Shown here in pieces: positions 58,159 to 64,000 of a stretch of DNA of 64,000 bases. The stretch lies in NCBI GenBank assembly GCA_052034235.1, contig JBPOIT010000011.1, positions 37,756 through 101,755 of the forward strand, written 5' to 3'. Within the stretch, counting starts at the first letter, position 1; each line of letters starts with the position of its first letter. A program made the translations under genes and the position numbers. The DNA is from Candidatus Levyibacteriota bacterium. GTDB taxonomy: Bacteria; Patescibacteriota; Microgenomatia; Levybacterales; UBA12049. The notes below the pieces were generated by a model that did no database searches, had not been told where the DNA came from, and saw nothing but the letters and a program-made list of their open reading frames with translations.

Positions 58159-59817
58159 ATGAACGCTGCCCTAATCGAAGAACTCAAAAGCATCCTAGAC
58201 GGTGATGTGGCTACTGATGAAGAAACTCTCATCAAATATAACCATGACGCTAGTATTTTTGCGGTTAAACCACAAATTGTTGTTTTCCCAAAAAATGATG
58301 ATGATATAAAAAAACTAGTAAATATTGTCGCGAAATACAAACACGCATTTCCAGATCTCTCACTCACCGCTCGTGCTGCAAGTACGTGCATGTCTGGAGG
58401 CGGCCTTACTGATTCAATCCTTGTTGCCTTCCAAAAATATTTTAATCACAAACCAAAAGTTGACGTTAAAGCAAGAACAGCAAGCGTTGAGCCAGGAGTT
58501 TTTTATAGAGACTTTGAAAAGGAAACCGTCAAACACAAACTGCTCTACCCTGCTTATCCATCATCTCGTGAACTCTGCGCGATTGGCGGGATGATTAACA
58601 ACAACGCCGGTGGTGAAAAATCCCTCGAATTCGGAAAGGCCGAAGACTATGTCCATTCATCAAAAATGGTGCTCGCAGACGGCAACGAATATACTTTCAG
58701 CAAACTCAACGAAACTGAGCTTCATAAAAAAATGAAGCAGCAGGATTTTGAAGGAGAAATTTACCGTGAGATTTTTAAACTTATCGATGACAATTACGAA
58801 ATACTCCAAAGCGCCAAACCAGATGTGAGCAAAAATTCAGCGGGCTATTATCTCTGGAACGTTTATGACCGTGAGAAAAAAACATTTGATTTGAATAAAT
58901 TATTTGTAGGGGCACAAGGAACACTCGGACTCATGACAGAAGTGGAACTCAAACTTGTCCCGGTTACCAAACACTCAGAAATGCTCGTAATCCTTCTTAA
59001 TGATTTTTCTCACCTGTCAGATATCGTTAATGCGGTACTCCCACTGAAACCAAATAGTTTTGAGACCTATGATGATAAAACATTGAAGCTTGCGCTGCGT
59101 TTCTTCCCGGAATTTGCAAAAAAACTTGGTACAAGAAGTCTCCTTACAACCGCACTTAAATTCTTACCTGAACTTGAATTGTTTGAAAAAAATAAGCTGC
59201 CTAAACTTGTTCTACAAGTTGAATTTACCGGAGATGATAAAAAAGAATTGCAGGATAAAATTTATGAACTGCAAAAAAGACTTGCGCCTCTTCATCCTGA
59301 TACTCGGGTTGTTCTTGAAGAAGATGAGAAAAAATATTGGCTTATCCGCCGCGACAGTTTTGGACTTTTACGAAGCCATATTAAAGACATGTATTCATCA
59401 CCTTTTATTGATGATATTATCGTCAAACCCGAATTTCTACCCGAATTCCTCCCACGATTTAACAAAATACTCAAGCGCTATCCCTCATTCATTGCGACAT
59501 TCGCAGGCCATATCGGAAACGGTAATTTCCACGTCATTCCACTTGTGAAGCTAACCGATCCAAATCAGCAGCGCCTCATTCCAAAATTGAGTGAGGAAGT
59601 TTTTGCGCTTGTTATGGAATACAAAGGCTCAACAAGCGGTGAACACAATGATGGTCTTATCCGTACTCCCTATCTGCCTATGCAGTTTGACCACATCATT
59701 CTTGAGCTTTTTGAAAAAACCAAACACATTTTTGATCCGCACGGCATCTTCAACCCTAGAAAAAAAGTCAAAGGCGACCTAGCTTACGCCATGCGCCACA
59801 TTAGAACTTCCTGGTAA
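58159..59817 (+). CDS. FAD-linked oxidase (GlcD/D-lactate dehydrogenase family)
   Basis: DASIF...P, GGMINNNAGG, GAQGTLG, GHIGNGNFH, SGEHNDG. Confidence 0.9.
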   Translation: MNAALIEELKSILDGDVATDEETLIKYNHDASIFAVKPQIVVFPKNDDDIKKLVNIVAKYKHAFPDLSLTARAASTCMSGGGLTDSILVAFQKYFNHKPKVDVKARTASVEPGVFYRDFEKETVKHKLLYPAYPSSRELCAIGGMINNNAGGEKSLEFGKAEDYVHSSKMVLADGNEYTFSKLNETELHKKMKQQDFEGEIYREIFKLIDDNYEILQSAKPDVSKNSAGYYLWNVYDREKKTFDLNKLFVGAQGTLGLMTEVELKLVPVTKHSEMLVILLNDFSHLSDIVNAVLPLKPNSFETYDDKTLKLALRFFPEFAKKLGTRSLLTTALKFLPELELFEKNKLPKLVLQVEFTGDDKKELQDKIYELQKRLAPLHPDTRVVLEEDEKKYWLIRRDSFGLLRSHIKDMYSSPFIDDIIVKPEFLPEFLPRFNKILKRYPSFIATFAGHIGNGNFHVIPLVKLTDPNQQRLIPKLSEEVFALVMEYKGSTSGEHNDGLIRTPYLPMQFDHIILELFEKTKHIFDPHGIFNPRKKVKGDLAYAMRHIRTSW

Positions 59818-59878
59818 CACATGCCGTGATTGATATCACAGCGCGTAGAACACCTTTTCATATATGCTAAATTCTAGG

Positions 59879-60307
59879 ATGAAAAAATGGATTGCGATTA
59901 TTGTTTTAGTTTTGGGGACAATCGGGATAGTTTTTTTCTACTTTCAAATAGGCAATAATACAAACACTATGCAAACAAACCAAGCGACATCAGATCGTTT
60001 ACAACCTGCGGACTTTCAAAAAGCCCTTGCCAGCGGAGAGTATACATTGCTGGACATCCGCACAATCGAAGAATATAACGAAGGCCATTTGAAAGATGCC
60101 ATTCAAAAAGACTTTTATCTAACTGACTCATTCACACAATATCTTCAGTCACTTGATAAAAACAAAAAATATTTAATTTATTGCAGGTCTGGAAATAGAT
60201 CAGGTAAAGCACTGACACAAATGAAAGGCATGGGCTTTACCAACGTCGCGGACTTAGAAGGCGGTATTGGTGCATGGACAGCCGCGAATCTCCCCCTCGA
60301 AAAATAA
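59879..60307 (+). CDS. Membrane-anchored rhodanese domain protein
   Basis: LLDIRT.EEY..GH, YCRSGNRS, LEGGIGAW. Confidence 0.9.
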   Translation: MKKWIAIIVLVLGTIGIVFFYFQIGNNTNTMQTNQATSDRLQPADFQKALASGEYTLLDIRTIEEYNEGHLKDAIQKDFYLTDSFTQYLQSLDKNKKYLIYCRSGNRSGKALTQMKGMGFTNVADLEGGIGAWTAANLPLEK

Positions 60308-60337
60308 TAGAACCTCGCTTGTAGTATAATCAAAAGC

Positions 60338-61525
60338 ATGAAAAAGACTGTTGTCCTTGGCGTTACAAGCGGCATTGCCGCATTTAAAAGCGTTGAGCTG
60401 GTAAAACTACTTAAAGAGGAAAATATCGATGTCCACGTCATTCTGACTGAAAAAGCAGCAAGTATTGTTTCACCTGCAGAACTTGAGACTATTTCTGGTA
60501 ATAAAGTTCACCGTGAGCTGTTTGAGAAAGATTTCGATTATAAAAAAATCCTCAATACTCGAAAAGTTGATCACATAGCACTAGCCGATTCAGCCGATGC
60601 TTTTGTGATTGCACCAGCAACCGCTAATACACTCGCAAAAATCGCTCATGGTTTTGCTGACGACTTCCTCACAACAACTCTTCTCGCGGTGACCAAACCC
60701 GTCATCATTTGTCCCTCGATGAACGTGCATATGTGGAACAACCCGATAGTCAAAGAAAATCTGGAAAAAATAAAAAAGTTAGGCTATGTAATCGTCAAAC
60801 CCGCATCAGGCATGCTTGCTTGTGGTTATGAAGGTGAAGGCAAACTTGAAGAATTGGAAGTCATAAAAAGCGAAATCATGTGCCAACTTGAACGTTCAAC
60901 CGCTTTGAAAGGTAAAAAGTTCATCGTCACTGCCGGTGGTACAAAAGAGAAAATTGATGATGTGAGGTTTATTACCAATAGAAGTTCAGGCAAAATGGGT
61001 GCTGCTATTGTAGAGGCATTATTTCTCCGCGGTGCCGATGTACTTCTCATCAGGGCAAAAGATGCCGTAAAACCTCGCTATGTTGTAAATGAGCTCACTT
61101 TTGAAACATCTGCAGAACTTTCGAATTTAATACAACAAAATGTACCAAACTATGACGTTATCTATCATGCTGCTGCTGTTTCAGATTTTCAAGTTGCTGA
61201 TCCGCACGCAGGTAAAATTTCAAGTAAAGAGGGCTTCACCCTGAGAATGGAACCACAAGCTAAAATCATCAATATAATCAAAGAGTGGAATCACAACATA
61301 AAACTCGTAGCATTTAAAGCAAGTGATGAAACAAACGAAGAGAAATTAATTGAAATTGTAAAAACGAAACTTACTGACAGCAAAGCGGATGCTATCGTTG
61401 CAAATGGGATGAACGCATTTGATAATGACACCAACGAAGTACTCATCGTACTCTCAAACGGAGACATAAAAAAACTGACAATGGCATCCAAACAAGAAAT
61501 TGCAAAACAACTTATTGATCTCTAA
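60338..61525 (+). CDS. coaBC: Phosphopantothenoylcysteine decarboxylase/ligase CoaBC
   Basis: GVTSGIAAFK, APATAN, PSMN..MW, LACG..GEG, TAGGT.E.IDDVRFITNRSSGKMG, AAVSDF. Confidence 0.93.
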   Translation: MKKTVVLGVTSGIAAFKSVELVKLLKEENIDVHVILTEKAASIVSPAELETISGNKVHRELFEKDFDYKKILNTRKVDHIALADSADAFVIAPATANTLAKIAHGFADDFLTTTLLAVTKPVIICPSMNVHMWNNPIVKENLEKIKKLGYVIVKPASGMLACGYEGEGKLEELEVIKSEIMCQLERSTALKGKKFIVTAGGTKEKIDDVRFITNRSSGKMGAAIVEALFLRGADVLLIRAKDAVKPRYVVNELTFETSAELSNLIQQNVPNYDVIYHAAAVSDFQVADPHAGKISSKEGFTLRMEPQAKIINIIKEWNHNIKLVAFKASDETNEEKLIEIVKTKLTDSKADAIVANGMNAFDNDTNEVLIVLSNGDIKKLTMASKQEIAKQLIDL

Positions 61526-61582
61526 TTGTCTGGTTTTTGTCTTGCAAAAAAGTTTGGTAACCGCTAGTATAGGTAACATACT

Positions 61583-62554
61583 ATGGCTCTTATTACACTT
61601 CGCAAACTCCTCGACAAAGCAGCAGAAGGCAATTACGGCGTTGGCGGATTTAACGTTAACAACATGGAGCAAATTCAGGCAATTATGGAAGCTGCCAAAG
61701 AAACTGACTCTCCTGTCATTCTCCAGGCTTCACGCGGCGCAAGGCAATATGCCAATGATAAATTTCTCTATCACCTCATGCTCGCAGCAGTTGAACTGTA
61801 TCCCGATATACCAATCGTCCTTCATCAAGATCATGGCAGCGTTGAAGCGTGCAAATCAGCAATTGATATGGGATATACCAGTGTCATGATTGACGGCTCC
61901 CTCAAAGACGATCATAAAACACCAGCATCATACGAAGAAAATATCGCTGTGACCAAAGAAGTTGTCGCCTATGCACGAGATAAAGGAGTTTCTGTCGAAG
62001 CAGAACTCGGTGTGATTGGTGGGATTGAGGACGGTGCAGGAACTGGCGATATGAAGAGCGAATACCTCACTGACCCAGACCAGGCTGTTGAATTTGTAAA
62101 AGAGACAGGCGTTGATGCGCTCGCTGTTGCAGTCGGTACAAGTCACGGTGTCTATAAATTCTCAAAAAAGCCAGATCGATCTGTTCTTGTGATGGATCGC
62201 ATTGTTGAAATTCATAAGCGTTTACCAACCACGCATTTGGTTATGCACGGCTCATCAAGTATTCCTCAAGAATTATTACAAATCATCAATCAATACGGCG
62301 GACAAATAAAACCGACGTTCGGCGTACCCGTTGAAGAAATCCAACTTGGCATCCAGCACGGCGTTCGCAAAGTAAATGTCGACACAGACACTCGCCTTGC
62401 GGTTACCGCTGCAATACGAAAATTCTTTATCGAACATCCTGAAAAATTTGATCCTCGCGAATACATGACTGAAGCACGAGAAGCAAACAAACAAATGATC
62501 CTCGATAGAATGAAAGCCTTCGGCCAAGCAGGCCATGCAGGAGATTTTAGATAA
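61583..62554 (+). CDS. fba: Class II fructose-bisphosphate aldolase
   Basis: [38 protein letters not shown]. Confidence 0.95.
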   Translation: MALITLRKLLDKAAEGNYGVGGFNVNNMEQIQAIMEAAKETDSPVILQASRGARQYANDKFLYHLMLAAVELYPDIPIVLHQDHGSVEACKSAIDMGYTSVMIDGSLKDDHKTPASYEENIAVTKEVVAYARDKGVSVEAELGVIGGIEDGAGTGDMKSEYLTDPDQAVEFVKETGVDALAVAVGTSHGVYKFSKKPDRSVLVMDRIVEIHKRLPTTHLVMHGSSSIPQELLQIINQYGGQIKPTFGVPVEEIQLGIQHGVRKVNVDTDTRLAVTAAIRKFFIEHPEKFDPREYMTEAREANKQMILDRMKAFGQAGHAGDFR

Positions 62555-62565
62555 ATTAAAGAGTT

Positions 62566-63555
62566 TTAACTGAGGAGTTCCTTCATTTCGTCTTTTTTGA
62601 GAAGTCCGGCTTGTGCACCAATGTGTGACACGACTGATGAAGCATTAATTGCGCCCCAGAGCATAGAATCAGGAAGACCGATGCCTTGTACAGCAGCAGC
62701 CAAAAATCCAGCTGAGAATGCATCACCTGCACCAGTTCGTTCCACGAGTTCACCTGGATACATTTCTTGAAAATAGATTTCTTTTTTCTCATCAATCGCA
62801 TACGAGCCATGTCGACCATTTGTCATCACAATTGTTTTCGGACCAAGTTTTTGAAGCTTTTGCATAAGTTCGACCATATATTCTCTATTATCAGGTGAAT
62901 CAGCAGCTACTTTTTGATTAATTAAATGTTCGCCTTCTTCTTTGTTGAGAATTAAGATATCGGTCGACTTCATCACATGATGCACCGTTTCGCGACCTTC
63001 ATGAATTTGTCTTGAGCCTGGATTAAAAACGAGACATGCTTTTTGCTCTTTTACGAAATCAACAATTTTCCTATACGGTTCCTGCCACTTATTACCCATA
63101 CTTGTCAGATATACCATATCTGTTGTTACGTCATTCAGCTGAAAATCATGTTCTCGCTCAACATTTTGGACAAAGACAGTACGTTCGTTATGATAATTGA
63201 TAATAACTGAGAAGTTTGAGGCTCCGTGCACTTGATTAACAAATAGTCGTTCAACTTGCTCACTGGCGAGAAGATTACGGATTTTTATTGAGAATTCATC
63301 ATCACCTGTTTCTGAACATAACGTTGCTTTGACACCAAGTCTATTTAAACCAACAGCAACATTGGTAGCATTACCGCCAATCGTGAAATCATATCGCTCA
63401 ACATCAATTTTATCTCCGTGGGAAAAACTTAACAAACTGTGCTCAGCATCATATGAAATACTGTCACTTGAACGAGGCAATGTCATATACGCATCAATCG
63501 TTGACTCGCCAACTGTTATTACTTTATAGTGTCTTATGACACGTTGTGAATCCAT
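62566..63555 (-). CDS. PfkB family carbohydrate kinase
   Basis: GGNATNVA, FNPG, ERTGAGDAF. Confidence 0.92.
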   Translation of the reverse strand: MDSQRVIRHYKVITVGESTIDAYMTLPRSSDSISYDAEHSLLSFSHGDKIDVERYDFTIGGNATNVAVGLNRLGVKATLCSETGDDEFSIKIRNLLASEQVERLFVNQVHGASNFSVIINYHNERTVFVQNVEREHDFQLNDVTTDMVYLTSMGNKWQEPYRKIVDFVKEQKACLVFNPGSRQIHEGRETVHHVMKSTDILILNKEEGEHLINQKVAADSPDNREYMVELMQKLQKLGPKTIVMTNGRHGSYAIDEKKEIYFQEMYPGELVERTGAGDAFSAGFLAAAVQGIGLPDSMLWGAINASSVVSHIGAQAGLLKKDEMKELLS

Positions 63556-63619
63556 ACTTCTAGCATAGAATATCCGTGAAAACAAATGCAAGAAGGAGAA
63601 TTTCTGTATAATAGAAAGT

Positions 63620-64000
63620 ATGTTCAAAAAAGTCTTATTAGTACTCGCTATTGTACTAATTGCAGCATCCGCCGCTTATTTTTATCTTTCACAAACCTAT
63701 CCTGGAACTTCACCATTTCTTACAGGTTCGTATTATATTGAAAGCATTATGAAGCCACATAGTAAACTTAACAAACATGTCATGGGATTTTTGCCTTATT
63801 GGCGTGTTGATGATATCGACAATATCAAACCACAGCATCTTTCAGAAATTAACTATTTCAGCATCTCACCAGATACTGATGGAAAAATTACCAAACAGAT
63901 AAACGGTGAAACAGAACCAGGCTTTCGCGAATGGAATACTGAAAAGATGAAAAACTTTAAAACGAAAAGCCAAATTATGGGCACCGACTTCACAATTACT
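63620..64000 (+). CDS. Secreted GH18-like glycoside hydrolase (runs off window end)
   Basis: Manual translation MFKKVLLVLAIVLIAASAAYF...VMGFLPYW...LSEINYFS; TATAAT 7 nt upstream. Confidence 0.65.
   Translation, partial: MFKKVLLVLAIVLIAASAAYFYLSQTYPGTSPFLTGSYYIESIMKPHSKLNKHVMGFLPYWRVDDIDNIKPQHLSEINYFSISPDTDGKITKQINGETEPGFREWNTEKMKNFKTKSQIMGTDFTIT

Overview
Gene-dense, AT-rich bacterial chromosome segment (standard code; TGA is a stop). Gene content and style suggest a Patescibacteria/CPR genome, probably Microgenomates; this is an inference. It carries housekeeping genes (ctpA-like protease, rpsR-ssb-rpsF, ychF, greA, htpX, trhO-like, coaBC, fba, two transketolase systems, malQ, PIF1 helicase), three sensor kinases, a copper-handling cluster and many membrane/secreted proteins. 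I saw no rRNA, tRNA, CRISPR array or transposase. The main finding is a four-gene minus-strand locus at 21554-25815: an OmpR-type response regulator; an unannotated 35-aa signal-peptide-like ORF ending in RPWQ; a ~6-TM histidine kinase; and a fused class II terpene cyclase (DxDDT)/class I ComQ-like prenyltransferase (DDxxD, NDxxD). This reads as a ComQXPA-like peptide quorum-sensing system whose signal may be a Trp-linked cyclised-terpene peptide. Other signals: a 44-bp att-like duplication of a gene 3' end around a 1.36-kb insert, a desaturase-like protein, an RSPP arrest-peptide-like ORF upstream of ycnI, a candidate ~110-nt sRNA, 11-bp-phased operator arrays, and many apparently leaderless genes.
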